Assembly: GCA_965222375.1 (NCBI GenBank)
Contig: CBDCTZ010000005.1
Coordinates: 64,001-128,000 of the forward strand
Direction: 5' to 3'
Origin: Polyangiaceae bacterium
GTDB taxonomy: Bacteria > Myxococcota_A > Polyangia > Polyangiales > Polyangiaceae
DNA: 64,000 nt
A program made the translations under genes and the position numbers. Positions 1 through 9,752 of this stretch are shown here, in pieces. Numbering within the stretch: the stretch's first letter is position 1; each line of letters opens with the position of its first letter. The notes under the pieces are model-generated. The model worked only from the letters and a program-made list of their open reading frames with translations, searched no databases and was not told where the DNA came from.

Positions 1-1041
1 GCGGCTGGCTCCAGCAGCGGCGGCACGTCGAGTGGCGGCGCCAGCAGCGGCGGCGCGTCGAGTGGCGGCGCCAGCAGCGGCGGCACGTCGAGTGGCGGCG
101 CCAGCAGCGGTGGCACGTCGAGCGGCGGAGGCGGTGGCACGCCCCAATGCAGTGGCAATGCAGACTGTGCGGATTCCAATCCTTGCACGAAGAACGTCTG
201 TGTCTCCAAGCAGTGCCAGAACAGCTTCGAGCCAAACGGAAAAGACTGCGGCAACGGTACGGTCTGTGACGGCGTGGAGGCTTGCGACGGCAACGGAGTG
301 TGCAAACCCGGCACGCCCCCGCAGATCAACGACAACAACGCCTGCACCGTGGACACCTGTCATCCAGTCAACGGCGTGAAGCACACTCCCGTCGACGTCG
401 ACGACAATAACGCCTGCACCAACGACAGCTGCAACCCGGCCACCGGTGTCATCAGTCATACACCGGTGAACATCGACGACGGCAATGACTGCACCGTCGA
501 CAGCTGCGATCCGAGCACCGGCGTCAAACACACGACGGTGCCCAGCGTGAACCAGTGTGGCTTGAGCTGTCCCTCGGGCTACTACCCGAAGTCCTACAGC
601 TACAGCTCTAGCTGCGGCGGTTCTTGCTGCTCCAGCAACCGCGCCAATTGTGGCTTTGCGTGCGGCAGCAGTTTCACCCAGTGCGGCCTGAATTGCACTT
701 CTGGCTACCACCCCACGTCCTACAGCTACAGCTCCAGTTGCGGTGGCTCTTGCTGCTCCAACAACCGCGCCAATTGCGCCAAAAACAGCGGCAATAGCTT
801 CACCCAATGCGGGCTGTCCTGCCCCTCGGGTTACCACCCCACGTCCTACAGCTACAGCTCCAGTTGCGGTGGCTCTTGCTGCTCCAACAATCGAGCCAAC
901 TGCGCGGTCAATTCCGGGTCATCTTTCACCCAGTGCGGACTGATCTGCCCCTCGGGCTATACCGCGACGAGTACGTCCTATAGCTCCAGTTGCGGAGGCT
1001 CCTGTTGCAGTCACAATCGCGCGAACTGCAAGAAGATCTGA
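1..1041 (+). CDS. Cys-rich secreted/surface protein (5' partial): Gly/Ser linker, Dictyostelium-type DxNxCTxDxC repeats and four 42-aa Cys/Ser repeats
   Basis: Frame +1 is open from base 1 (AAGSSSGGTSSGGASSGG...) to TGA at 1039-1041. Contains DNNACTVDTC, DNNACTNDSC and DGNDCTVDSC, then 4x QCGLxCxSGY...SSSCGGSCCSxNRANC. Confidence 0.85.
   Translation, partial: AAGSSSGGTSSGGASSGGASSGGASSGGTSSGGASSGGTSSGGGGGTPQCSGNADCADSNPCTKNVCVSKQCQNSFEPNGKDCGNGTVCDGVEACDGNGVCKPGTPPQINDNNACTVDTCHPVNGVKHTPVDVDDNNACTNDSCNPATGVISHTPVNIDDGNDCTVDSCDPSTGVKHTTVPSVNQCGLSCPSGYYPKSYSYSSSCGGSCCSSNRANCGFACGSSFTQCGLNCTSGYHPTSYSYSSSCGGSCCSNNRANCAKNSGNSFTQCGLSCPSGYHPTSYSYSSSCGGSCCSNNRANCAVNSGSSFTQCGLICPSGYTATSTSYSSSCGGSCCSHNRANCKKI
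11..130 (+). repeat. In-frame 30-bp tandem repeat (4 copies) encoding an SSGG(T/A)SSGGA linker
   Basis: ccagcagcggcggcacgtcgagtggcggcg at 11, 41, 71 and 101 with a few substitutions. Confidence 0.9.
553..1029 (+). repeat. 126-bp (42-aa) coding tandem repeat, 4 copies
   Basis: Units start at the Gln codons at 553, 679, 805 and 931 (exact 126-nt period). Each has 6 Cys. Confidence 0.95.
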
Positions 1042-1045
1042 TTTT

Positions 1046-2851
1046 TCACTCGTAGGGGTTTGCTTCCAAGCCGGGGTTGGCCGGAGCAGGCTTCGGCTTG
1101 CCCACCGGCCGGGGCGCCGCCGCTGCGGGGCGCGGCGGCGGCGCAGCCTTGGGAGCCGGGGCAGTGACACTCCGCACCCGAAGCGCCATGTTTTCTTTGG
1201 GCGACAGGGTTTCTTCGACGGAACTGCCGTCTGCGAACACGACCGTAAGCTTCGTGTCCTGCTCCGAGCGTGGCAAAGAGAGACTGACTCCGTTGTCGAT
1301 GAACTTGATGTCCGCCACGCCCGTGCCGCGCACTTCACTGACGCCCTGATCGGCCCGAATCGTGATGCGCACGCGGGCCGGCAGAGGTGCAGCCTTCTGC
1401 GCCACCGAGGCAGACGTTTTGGGAGCCGAAGCTGCCACGGCCGGCGGCACCACCGCGTCTGCAGGACTGGGGTCCGAACGCAGCCACATGGCCAAAGCGA
1501 CCAATGTCCCCGCCATCAAGAGCCCTCCCGCTGCCGCACCGGCCACGACCATCCGGCGCTTGGCCCGGTACGCTTCGAGTTCTTCAGGCGTGAGCGCCTG
1601 AATGATCTTCACGCTGTCCAAAGTCAGTGGGGCACTCGTGCCAGCCCCAGAGCCAGTGCCACCGCCGACGCCCGGCACTGCCGGAGAGCCCCGCAGCGCT
1701 GGGGGACGGCGGCCTCCCGAGAGCACCTCCGACAAACTCTTGCGCTTCTTGCTGACGTCGTTTCCGCAGAACTCGTGCACCAAACGCGCAATGTCGGTGG
1801 GCGAAGCGATCTCACCCGCATTTTTGCCCCAGGCGGAAAGGGCGTCCGCAAAAGTCTGCGCCGAAGCGAACCGATCATTGGGGTGCAGCCCAAGGGCACG
1901 CATCACGATGGTTTCGAGATCTGCGGGAATGCTCGAATCCACGGAAGTGGGCTTGCGGTAGTCCCCGCTGGTAATCGCAAGCAACACCTGCCCGTCGCCG
2001 TCAGCGTCGAAGAGACGCGCACCCGTGAGCAGCTCCCACGCCACGATCCCCATCGCAAAAACGTCCACGCGGCGATCCAGAGCCCCGCCTCGCGCCTGCT
2101 CCGGCGCCATGTACCGGAACTTACCTTTAGCGAGACCGGTGGCGGTGTTGACGCTGCGCTCTGCGGCCTTGGCAATGCCGAAATCCGTGAGCCGCACGGA
2201 GCCGTCCACGCCAAGCAGGATGTTGTGCGGCGTGGCGTCGCGATGCACGATACCCAAGGGTCGACCCTCCAAGCTGCATTGCTCGTGCGCCGCGTGCAGG
2301 CCCTGCAGGGCATCGACCAGAACCCGCAGCGCCGCCGGTCGCGAAATCCGCTCCCCACGTTTGCGGGCACCCCGCATCACCGATGCCAGGCTGGCCCCCT
2401 CCACGTAGTCCATGACGAGGAGGTGTTCACCGTCTGCCTCGTGCACGTCATGGACGTTGACCACGTTGGGGTGACGAATCAGGCTGGCGATGCGAGCCTC
2501 GTCCATGAATGACGCCGCAAGCTCCGGCTCCTTCGCCACGTGCGGATGCATCCGCTTGATCGCGACCAACCGCTCGAAGCCCCCGGCGCCGAACTGCCGC
2601 CCCACGTACACCGTGGCCATGCCACCCGAGGCCAACTCCAGCAAGAGCTCGTAACGCCCCACCCGCGGCGCGTTGGTTTGCGGCGACGAGGGAAGCTCCT
2701 GCACGACCGCGTGACCCATGGTGCTGCCCCCCTGGGCCATGGGGCTCGCGGCCGCCGTGGGGGAGGACAAAAGCTCGGGGTCCCGAGCCTGGGTGAGTTC
2801 GATGTCCGACAGCGACACCTCTTGCATGATGTCGTCGTCGCGACCTGCCAT
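1046..2851 (-). CDS. Membrane-anchored Ser/Thr protein kinase
   Basis: ASGGMATVY, VAIK, HRDATPHN, DFGIAK, YMAPE and DVFAMG motifs, then a TM helix and a Pro-rich tail ending NPYE. Confidence 0.95.
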   Translation of the reverse strand: MAGRDDDIMQEVSLSDIELTQARDPELLSSPTAAASPMAQGGSTMGHAVVQELPSSPQTNAPRVGRYELLLELASGGMATVYVGRQFGAGGFERLVAIKRMHPHVAKEPELAASFMDEARIASLIRHPNVVNVHDVHEADGEHLLVMDYVEGASLASVMRGARKRGERISRPAALRVLVDALQGLHAAHEQCSLEGRPLGIVHRDATPHNILLGVDGSVRLTDFGIAKAAERSVNTATGLAKGKFRYMAPEQARGGALDRRVDVFAMGIVAWELLTGARLFDADGDGQVLLAITSGDYRKPTSVDSSIPADLETIVMRALGLHPNDRFASAQTFADALSAWGKNAGEIASPTDIARLVHEFCGNDVSKKRKSLSEVLSGGRRPPALRGSPAVPGVGGGTGSGAGTSAPLTLDSVKIIQALTPEELEAYRAKRRMVVAGAAAGGLLMAGTLVALAMWLRSDPSPADAVVPPAVAASAPKTSASVAQKAAPLPARVRITIRADQGVSEVRGTGVADIKFIDNGVSLSLPRSEQDTKLTVVFADGSSVEETLSPKENMALRVRSVTAPAPKAAPPPRPAAAAPRPVGKPKPAPANPGLEANPYE

Positions 2852-3798
2852 TAGAATGACCCTATCAGCCCGACGTAGCTGGGGCCGATTCGCAGATCGA
2901 GCGCTACGTCACCACCCTCCGGCGGCGGGGGCGGCTTCTTCCCGGAAAAATCCGTGAAGTACGCAATGACCCCAGTCGCCACACCCGCGAGCGCCGTCAC
3001 CCCCAACAGCAAGTTCGTGCGCTTCTGCTTGGACTCACCCTCTTCGAGCCCGTCCGGGGTCGGATTCTTGTCGAACTCATCTCGCGCACTGTTGGTATCC
3101 AGCCCACTCCACACGGTGGCACCCGCCAGTACGACCGTCGCGCTGACGCCAACGTAGAAGATAGTGGGGCTCAGTCCCTTGGCCTCGTCGTCAGCTTCAT
3201 CCGGGGGCGCGTCCTCCTCGGGCAACTCCTCATCCAGAGTTGCTACGGCTTTCGCCTTCTTGGGCTCCAGAGTCACGCGTTCCAGACTGCCGGCCACGAC
3301 GTTGACGTTGCGCCGAGCCTTGGTGTACCCGAACCGCCCCGCGACTTGATGGTCCCCGGGGTTGACGTAGGTCTCTTCTAACTCCAAGGGCTCCCCGTTC
3401 AGAGTGATGTCCTCGGCGTCGACGGCGATGACCGTGATTCTGCCCAACTTGGGTCGCAGCTCCGCCAGCAGCCCCCGCGCCTTGTCACGGCGTTTGTCAT
3501 CTTCCGGCGCATCCCGCAGGTAGCGGGCGCAGAGATTCGCAGCTGGCGCCAACTCGCCCGCGCGCTCATAGGCTTTCGCGGCGTTGAACAGCGCCGCCGG
3601 GTGCGGTGCGACTGAATTGGCTTCTTCGAAGGCCGCGGCTGCCGCCAGATAGTCGTGCTTCTTGAAAGCCGCGGTGCCTTTGCGGAACAGGGCCGCGGCT
3701 TCTTTCTTTTGCGCTGGGGTGACCTCTGCGGCTGTCGCCGAACCCGCGAGGCTAAGCGCGAGACACGCGACTAGGGCGTATGCAGACCTGCGCAGCAT
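2851..3798 (-). CDS. Secreted TPR + PEGA-like protein with C-terminal hydrophobic segments
   Basis: Signal peptide, TPR-like helices (ALFNAAKAYERAG) and two hydrophobic segments. Stop overlaps the kinase start (TAATG). ATG at 3798 chosen as start. Confidence 0.8.
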   Translation of the reverse strand: MLRRSAYALVACLALSLAGSATAAEVTPAQKKEAAALFRKGTAAFKKHDYLAAAAAFEEANSVAPHPAALFNAAKAYERAGELAPAANLCARYLRDAPEDDKRRDKARGLLAELRPKLGRITVIAVDAEDITLNGEPLELEETYVNPGDHQVAGRFGYTKARRNVNVVAGSLERVTLEPKKAKAVATLDEELPEEDAPPDEADDEAKGLSPTIFYVGVSATVVLAGATVWSGLDTNSARDEFDKNPTPDGLEEGESKQKRTNLLLGVTALAGVATGVIAYFTDFSGKKPPPPPEGGDVALDLRIGPSYVGLIGSF

Positions 3799-3873
3799 TG
3801 AGCCCAAGAGTACCCCGAACGTGCAAAAGCAGCCACGGAATGGGAGGGATTTGGCCCCAAGGCTTCCCTAGCG

Positions 3874-5034
3874 TCACATCGCCTTCAGGTAGATCTCGGC
3901 CAAAATCTCCGGGGTGACCGGCTTGGGTGTGGTCAAGATCAGGGGGTCGGCCAGGGCGTCCTCCACCAGCGAAGGCACCAGCTCCTCGGTGATGCCTAGC
4001 TCTGCGCCAGGCTTGTCGGTTCCCAGGTCCGAACTGAGCGACTGCACGGCGGCGATGGCCTTCTCGGCATTTTCTTTCGCACTGGCGGCGCTGTCGTAGA
4101 CGCCGAACGATAGCGCGACCTGCACCAACTTTCCCTCACACACGTCGAGGTGAAAACGTAGCACGTGGGGCAAGAGGGTCGCCAAGGCTTGGCCATGCGC
4201 GGCGTCGAATCGCGCCGACAGTGGGTGCCCCAATGCGTGACAAACCCCCAAGCCGGAACTGGAAAACGCCAGCCCGGCAACATGCGCTGCGCACAGCATT
4301 TGGGCGCGAGCTTCCAGGTCCTTGCCATCTGCGAAGGCCTTCGGCAGGTGGGCGTAGACCATCGCCATCGCCCGCAGAGCCAGAGCCTCGGAGACCGGAT
4401 TGGCGCGGGTCGCCATCAAGGACTCCAGGGCATGGGTCAGGGCGTCCATCCCCGTCATCGCCGTGACGTTCTTGGGCAACCCGAGCGTGAGCTCGGGATC
4501 GAGAACGACCAACTCGGGCAAGACGCTGGGGTGGGCCACCAATACTTTGCGCTTCAGCTTTTCGTCGGTCACCACCCCGAACATGTTGGTCTCGGAACCC
4601 GTTCCGGCGGTGGTTGGAACGCAAATCACAGGCAGCCCCGGCCGCTCGGGTTTTTGACCGAAGCGCACGGCGTCCACCCCGCCACCGTTGGGTGCACAGA
4701 GCGCAATCGCCTTCGCCGCGTCGATGACCGACCCACCGCCAACCGCGATGATTACCGGCGCGGCGTCCAAATCCAGCTCCGCCGCGGCGCGCTCCACCGT
4801 CGCCTTTCGCGGGTTGGGCTCGACTTCCGCGAACTGCGTCACGGAAAGCTCCGCGTGGGTTAGAACCTCTTCGACTCGCCCCGCGATCCCTGCCGTGACG
4901 AGGCCTGCATCCGTGACGACGAAGGCAGTCTTTCGGCGCAGGCCGCGAACTCGCTTGCCCAGCTTGTTGATCGAGCCGGCAGCAAAGATGGTTCGCGGCC
5001 CAGGGTGGATTTCGAAACTGTCTGATGCGAGCAC
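3874..5034 (-). CDS. Iron-containing alcohol dehydrogenase
   Basis: GGGSVIDAAK, PTTAGTGSE, DALTHALES, HALGH and HG motifs. Confidence 0.93.
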   Translation of the reverse strand: MLASDSFEIHPGPRTIFAAGSINKLGKRVRGLRRKTAFVVTDAGLVTAGIAGRVEEVLTHAELSVTQFAEVEPNPRKATVERAAAELDLDAAPVIIAVGGGSVIDAAKAIALCAPNGGGVDAVRFGQKPERPGLPVICVPTTAGTGSETNMFGVVTDEKLKRKVLVAHPSVLPELVVLDPELTLGLPKNVTAMTGMDALTHALESLMATRANPVSEALALRAMAMVYAHLPKAFADGKDLEARAQMLCAAHVAGLAFSSSGLGVCHALGHPLSARFDAAHGQALATLLPHVLRFHLDVCEGKLVQVALSFGVYDSAASAKENAEKAIAAVQSLSSDLGTDKPGAELGITEELVPSLVEDALADPLILTTPKPVTPEILAEIYLKAM

Positions 5035-5109
5035 GGCGGCAGCCTAGCATGCTGTCCGCCGCAAGGAAGTGGGGTTGCCGCCCACCCCCCCACACTGCGC
5101 GCAGCCGGC

Positions 5110-5138
5110 TTGACCTAGCCCGAGGATGTACGGATAGT
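5110..5138 (+). promoter_or_regulatory. Putative sigma70-type promoter for the helicase gene
   Basis: TTGACC (5110-5115), 17-nt spacer, GATAGT (5133-5138), 10 nt before ATG 5149. Confidence 0.45.
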
Positions 5139-5148
5139 CCCGGGCTTC

Positions 5149-7584
5149 ATGCCCGACCCCGGACTGAATGGACCACAGCGAGAAGCGGTCACGACCTTGT
5201 CGGGACCGCTCTTGGTCCTCGCCGGCGCCGGCACCGGCAAGACGCGCGTGATCACATATCGAATTGCGCAATTGATCAAAAGCCGCGTCCGCGCCGACCG
5301 AATTCTGGCGGTGACCTTCACGAACAAGGCCGCACGTGAGATGCGTGAGCGCGCTCTGAAGCTCCTGGGCCGGCGCCGCAAGGACGCCCCTGTCCCGGAA
5401 ATCTCGACTTTCCATTCCCTCTGCGTGCGCATCTTGCGCCGACACGCCACGCGCCTCGGCTACCCGGAGCGCTTCTCCATCTATGACCGCAGCGATCAGG
5501 AGACCTTGGCCCGGCAAGCGCTTCGAGACGTGCGCGTCGGTCACGAAAAGCTCAAACCCGGCGACCTGATTTTCATGGTCTCGGGTTGGAAGAGCCAAAA
5601 CGTGCGGGCAGACTCGGCCATGGACTTCGCCGGCTCGGACAAGGAGCAACTGGCGGCGCTTGCGTACGCCCGATACCAAGCAGCACTGCGAGCTAGCGGC
5701 GCGATGGACTTCGACGACCTGCTCCTGAACGTCGAAGAGCTGTTCCAACGCCACCCGGACGTGCGAATCGCCGAAGCGACCCGCTTTGACCACTTGCTGA
5801 TCGATGAATACCAAGACACGAACGGGCTCCAGTACCGAATCGTCAAAGCTCTTGCGGACCGCCACCGCAACCTCTGCGTCGTCGGTGACGACGACCAGTC
5901 CATCTACGGCTGGCGCGGAGCCGAGGTCAGTCACATCCTCGGATTCCAGCACGACTGGCAGGACGCAAAGGTCATTCGGTTGGAGGACAACTATCGCTCC
6001 CGGGCGCCCATTCTTGGTCTCGCCAATACCCTCATCGCCCACAACAGCGAGCGGCACGACAAGACCCTGCGCCCCTATCGCGGTTCGGGAGAAGCTCCAC
6101 GCTTCCTTCGCTTCGAGGACGAGACCGCGGAAGCAGAACAGGTCGTGCGCGAGATCACTCACCGCATCGACGCCCGCAATCCCAAACGAGTCGTTGCCAG
6201 CGACCTGGCGATTCTGTTTCGCACCAACGAACAGCCAAGAGCCTTCGAACTCGAGATGCGGCGCGCTGGCGTGCCCTACGTTCTAGTTGGCGGACAATCC
6301 TTCTACGACCGCAAGGAGATCCGAGACATCTTGGCCTACCTGCGCGTGCTATCGAATCCCGCAGACGAAGTCTCGCTTTTGCGCATCATCAACACGCCTG
6401 CCCGTGGGATTGGCACGAGCAGCGTCCAGCTGCTGCTCGAGCGCGCCGTCGCCGCAGGAAGCAGCGTGTGGGCGATCCTGCCCGAAGCCTTGAGCGACGG
6501 GGATCTGGCTCCCCACATCGCAGAACGTATCAACGCTTTTCGCGGGCTATTGGCAGGTTTTCGCCAGCGCCTGAGTCACACACCCCTCGCCGCTCTGACA
6601 GCGGAGTTGGTTCAGACCATCGAATACAAGGCGGAGATCGAGCGCAACTACAAGAACCCCGGTGACGTGCAGTCGCGCTTCAACACCATCGAGGAGCTGA
6701 TCAACGCCATCGCGCAATATGAAGCTCGGGACCCGAACCCATCCCTGCCCGGCTTCCTCGAGGAGTGCAGCCTCGCCGGTCGGGACGACAATCGAGACGA
6801 TCCAGAGAAGCGCCAGGAACACGCCGTAACGCTAATGACCTTGCATAGTGCCAAGGGGTTGGAGTTTCCGCACGTGTACATGGTCGGTCTGGAAGAAGGC
6901 CTACTTCCACACAAGCGCTCCGTAGCGGACGGCGGCAACAACATCGCAGAAGAGCGCAGGCTCTGTTACGTCGGCGTCACTCGCGCCCAAGACACCCTGA
7001 CTCTCTCGCTCTGCAAGAACCGCATGAAGTGGGGCAAGCTCAGACCCCAGATCCCGAGCCGCTTCTTGCTCGAAATGCGCGGCGACACCGCCAAAGCCGA
7101 GCAGGTCGCCGAAGAAGCGCAAATGCTCTTGGCAGCAGAAATCCGTGCCGCAGAAAGGCCCAAGAAGAAGACTGGCAAGCCGCGCGCCAGAGCGGCAGTG
7201 CCCAAACAGCAAGCGCCCCGGGAGCCTGCCAGGCAGTCGCCACCGGCCCGGGCCAGCACCGCCGCCGCGGAAGCGGATCTGGGTGATCTTCTCTTCGAGG
7301 CAGATGCTCTGCCCGCTGCCCACGGCGCGCCGTCCGGCGTGAAGCCTGGGGCGAAATCCGCCAGGCTCGGCCGCGCATCCGCTCCACCCGCCCGAGCGTC
7401 GGCGGCGCCACCTGAGGCATCGCCGGACGGGCCAGGCGCGCCGAGCCAGGCCTCGCATCTCCGGGACGTGCGCGGCGCCACGATCGAGCGTCCGAAACAG
7501 GGCGCCCGGACAGATCAACCGGAGCCATGGACACCCGACGGTGCCCTGGCTGCGGTAGAAGCCCTACTGGGAATCGAGAAGTGA
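5149..7584 (+). CDS. Rep/UvrD/PcrA-family SF1 DNA helicase with a long low-complexity C-terminal tail
   Basis: AGAGTGKT, TFTNKAA, DEYQD, VGDDDQSIYGWRGA, NYRS, TLHSAKGLEF and EERRLCYVGVTRA motifs. Confidence 0.95.
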   Translation: MPDPGLNGPQREAVTTLSGPLLVLAGAGTGKTRVITYRIAQLIKSRVRADRILAVTFTNKAAREMRERALKLLGRRRKDAPVPEISTFHSLCVRILRRHATRLGYPERFSIYDRSDQETLARQALRDVRVGHEKLKPGDLIFMVSGWKSQNVRADSAMDFAGSDKEQLAALAYARYQAALRASGAMDFDDLLLNVEELFQRHPDVRIAEATRFDHLLIDEYQDTNGLQYRIVKALADRHRNLCVVGDDDQSIYGWRGAEVSHILGFQHDWQDAKVIRLEDNYRSRAPILGLANTLIAHNSERHDKTLRPYRGSGEAPRFLRFEDETAEAEQVVREITHRIDARNPKRVVASDLAILFRTNEQPRAFELEMRRAGVPYVLVGGQSFYDRKEIRDILAYLRVLSNPADEVSLLRIINTPARGIGTSSVQLLLERAVAAGSSVWAILPEALSDGDLAPHIAERINAFRGLLAGFRQRLSHTPLAALTAELVQTIEYKAEIERNYKNPGDVQSRFNTIEELINAIAQYEARDPNPSLPGFLEECSLAGRDDNRDDPEKRQEHAVTLMTLHSAKGLEFPHVYMVGLEEGLLPHKRSVADGGNNIAEERRLCYVGVTRAQDTLTLSLCKNRMKWGKLRPQIPSRFLLEMRGDTAKAEQVAEEAQMLLAAEIRAAERPKKKTGKPRARAAVPKQQAPREPARQSPPARASTAAAEADLGDLLFEADALPAAHGAPSGVKPGAKSARLGRASAPPARASAAPPEASPDGPGAPSQASHLRDVRGATIERPKQGARTDQPEPWTPDGALAAVEALLGIEK

Positions 7585-7591
7585 GGGGGAG

Positions 7592-8254
7592 ATGGGCGTT
7601 GTCGTAATCACTGGGGCGAACCGAGGCATTGGGCTCGAACTCGCGAAGCAGATCAAACAATCCGGGACCAGCGTGGTGGCGGTTTGCCGCAAGAGCTCCA
7701 AAGAGCTCGACGGCTTGGGGGTGCGCGTCGAGGTCGGCGTCGATGTTTCGAAACCGGATAGCATCGCCCGGCTTGCGAAAGGGTTGAACGGGCAATCCAT
7801 CGATCTGCTCATCAACAACGCCGGCGTGCTCCGCGCGGAGACCTTCAAAGACGCCGGGCCGACTGCCGTGTTGGAGCAATTCACGATCAACGCGCTGGGG
7901 CCACTGCTAGTCACCCAGGCGCTGGCGCCATTGATGCACGCCGGCAGCAAGGTCGCCGTGGTCACGAGTCGGATGGGCTCGATCACCGACAACGACTCGG
8001 GCGGCATGTACGGCTACCGCATGAGCAAGGCCGCGCTCAATGCCTGCGCAAAGAGCATGGCCATCGATTTGAAGCCAAAACAAATCGCGGTCGTCATTTT
8101 GCACCCGGGATTCGTGCGCACCGGGATGACTGGCGGAAACGGCTTGGTGGATGCGCCGGAATCCGCCCAAGGCCTCATCGCGCGAATCGAAGAGCTGACC
8201 CTGGAGACCAGCGGCAGCTTCAAGCATATGAACGGCGAGACCCTGCCCTGGTAG
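7592..8254 (+). CDS. Short-chain dehydrogenase/reductase, CsgA (C-factor)-like subfamily
   Basis: ITGANRGIG, NNAG, SRMGSI, YRMSKAALN and LHPGFVRT motifs. Confidence 0.88.
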   Translation: MGVVVITGANRGIGLELAKQIKQSGTSVVAVCRKSSKELDGLGVRVEVGVDVSKPDSIARLAKGLNGQSIDLLINNAGVLRAETFKDAGPTAVLEQFTINALGPLLVTQALAPLMHAGSKVAVVTSRMGSITDNDSGGMYGYRMSKAALNACAKSMAIDLKPKQIAVVILHPGFVRTGMTGGNGLVDAPESAQGLIARIEELTLETSGSFKHMNGETLPW

Positions 8255-8400
8255 GCCTGGGCGCGCCGCGCGCAACCCCCCCGGCGCCGAGCCCGCGGGC
8301 AGCCGCATCCCGTCGGAATTGCGACACAACTTCGAACCGCTCGCACCCCCGCCTCGCCGCTTGCGTGACCATCGCCAGGGAAGCCTGATACGCTGCCGAC

Positions 8401-8907
8401 ATGATGACCCCGAAGATTCGGACCCTATTGGCTTTTGGCGTAGCGGCCCTGGCGATGGCCTGCAGCAGCGATTCTGACGACGGCGGCTCGGGCGGCAGCT
8501 CAGGCAGCGGTGGAGGCGCCACGGGCGGCGCCGGTGGCGCAAGCGGAGGCGCCGGAGGCGCAGCAACCGGAGGCGCCGGGGGCGCAGCAACCGGGGGCGC
8601 CGGGGGCGCAGCAACCGGGGGCGCTGGCGGCGCCGGGGGCAGCGGCGGCACCAGTCCGTGCACCGCTCTGTGCGCCAACTCGGATATCGGCAAGTGCCCC
8701 AATGACCCTTCAGCGGCTGAGTGCATCCCTGACTGCGAAAAAGGCCGCGGCGGCATCACGAAATGCAAGGCCGAGTATGACGCGTTCCTGGCCTGCGCGG
8801 CATCTCAGTCCGCAGCCAATCTGGAATGCGATTCCAACGGCACCACATTCGTGAAGTCTGGAGTCTGTGCAGCTGAGATCTCTGCGTTCCAGGCCTGTTC
8901 GAGCTAG
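8401..8907 (+). CDS. Lipoprotein with Gly-rich linker and small Cys-rich domain
   Basis: Lipobox LAMAC, GGAGGAAT repeats and a Cys-rich C-terminal region. Confidence 0.8.
   Translation: MMTPKIRTLLAFGVAALAMACSSDSDDGGSGGSSGSGGGATGGAGGASGGAGGAATGGAGGAATGGAGGAATGGAGGAGGSGGTSPCTALCANSDIGKCPNDPSAAECIPDCEKGRGGITKCKAEYDAFLACAASQSAANLECDSNGTTFVKSGVCAAEISAFQACSS
8557..8628 (+). repeat. 24-bp coding tandem repeat x3 (GAATGGAG)
   Basis: ggcgcagcaaccgg(a/g)ggcgccggg at 8557, 8581 and 8605 (third copy slightly diverged). Confidence 0.85.
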
Positions 8908-8928
8908 CGCCAGCGGCCCGCGGCCGGC

Positions 8929-9645
8929 TCATGGCTCGTCCGGGATCGCTTCGGCCGAAAAAGCACCACTGAAGGTGGCGTTGCAGTCCGCTCCGAGGAA
9001 CGTTCCGTCAATGTGGCCGTCCGCATCCTCGGTGCCAGACAGCACCGCCGCACAGGGGCAGTCCCCAGTGCACCCCAGCTTCGCGGTCAACTTGCCCGCA
9101 GACAGTTGCCATTGTGCGACTCCGCCGCTGCATGAAAAGAGCCCCCCACATTGCCCGTCCTCGGACCAATGGCAAGCTGACGTCGCCGCGGCGCCACTGC
9201 GTCCGACCACTCGGACAATCGACTGACCGTTTGCTGGCGGCTCGGCCCCCTGCCCCGTGAGTCGATAGCGAAGCCGGGGCTCGGAGTCTGCGAAGTAGCT
9301 CGCGGCCCCGCCACCAAGGTCCGGATGAAATAGCACCAAGCGTGTTCCGGTGCGTACGACCTCGACCTGGCTGAGATTCTTCGGCGCAGAAGCGCACTCG
9401 CTACTGCCCGTCACGAGACTGAGCAGCCGACCCTGGAGCTCGTAGCTACCGCGACTTGCACAACCTTCGCGCAAGCGATGCAGCTGCCAACTCCGATCCG
9501 CCGCCAGGCTGAGTCGCTCACTGCAGGTATGCCAATCACCGACGACTCTGGGAGGATCTCCCGGCTCGGGCCCTGCTTCGTCGGACTCGGTACTCGCGCC
9601 ACAGGAAACACAAAGCACCGCGGCTGCCCAAACCCAATGCCGCAT
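8929..9645 (-). CDS. Hypothetical lipoprotein
   Basis: Hydrophobic N-terminus with lipobox-like VSC and several paired Cys. Confidence 0.7.
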   Translation of the reverse strand: MRHWVWAAAVLCVSCGASTESDEAGPEPGDPPRVVGDWHTCSERLSLAADRSWQLHRLREGCASRGSYELQGRLLSLVTGSSECASAPKNLSQVEVVRTGTRLVLFHPDLGGGAASYFADSEPRLRYRLTGQGAEPPANGQSIVRVVGRSGAAATSACHWSEDGQCGGLFSCSGGVAQWQLSAGKLTAKLGCTGDCPCAAVLSGTEDADGHIDGTFLGADCNATFSGAFSAEAIPDEP

Positions 9646-9752
9646 TGCCCAAGAGTAACGCGGCTACCGGTGTGCGTCAGCCGCGCCCGCCTGGCCCCTT
9701 TCCTCGGCGCCTTCACGCTCATGCTGGGATCGGCATGTGCACCTGAGGGGCG

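Noticed and set aside
553..1029. Ser/Cys-rich repeats as RiPP (azole or lanthipeptide) cores, or as a CRISPR array
   Set aside because: They are in-frame parts of a larger secreted-type protein, have no unique spacers, and no YcaO, LanM or cas genes are nearby.
5044..6162. Long antisense ORFs (also 32246-33427, 52025-53071, 43240-44214 and many more)
   Set aside because: Shadow or alternate-frame ORFs overlapping well-supported genes. Expected in high-GC DNA and lacking motifs.
7592..8254. Assigning the symbol csgA
   Set aside because: CsgA-like SDRs are widespread and orthology cannot be shown from motifs alone.
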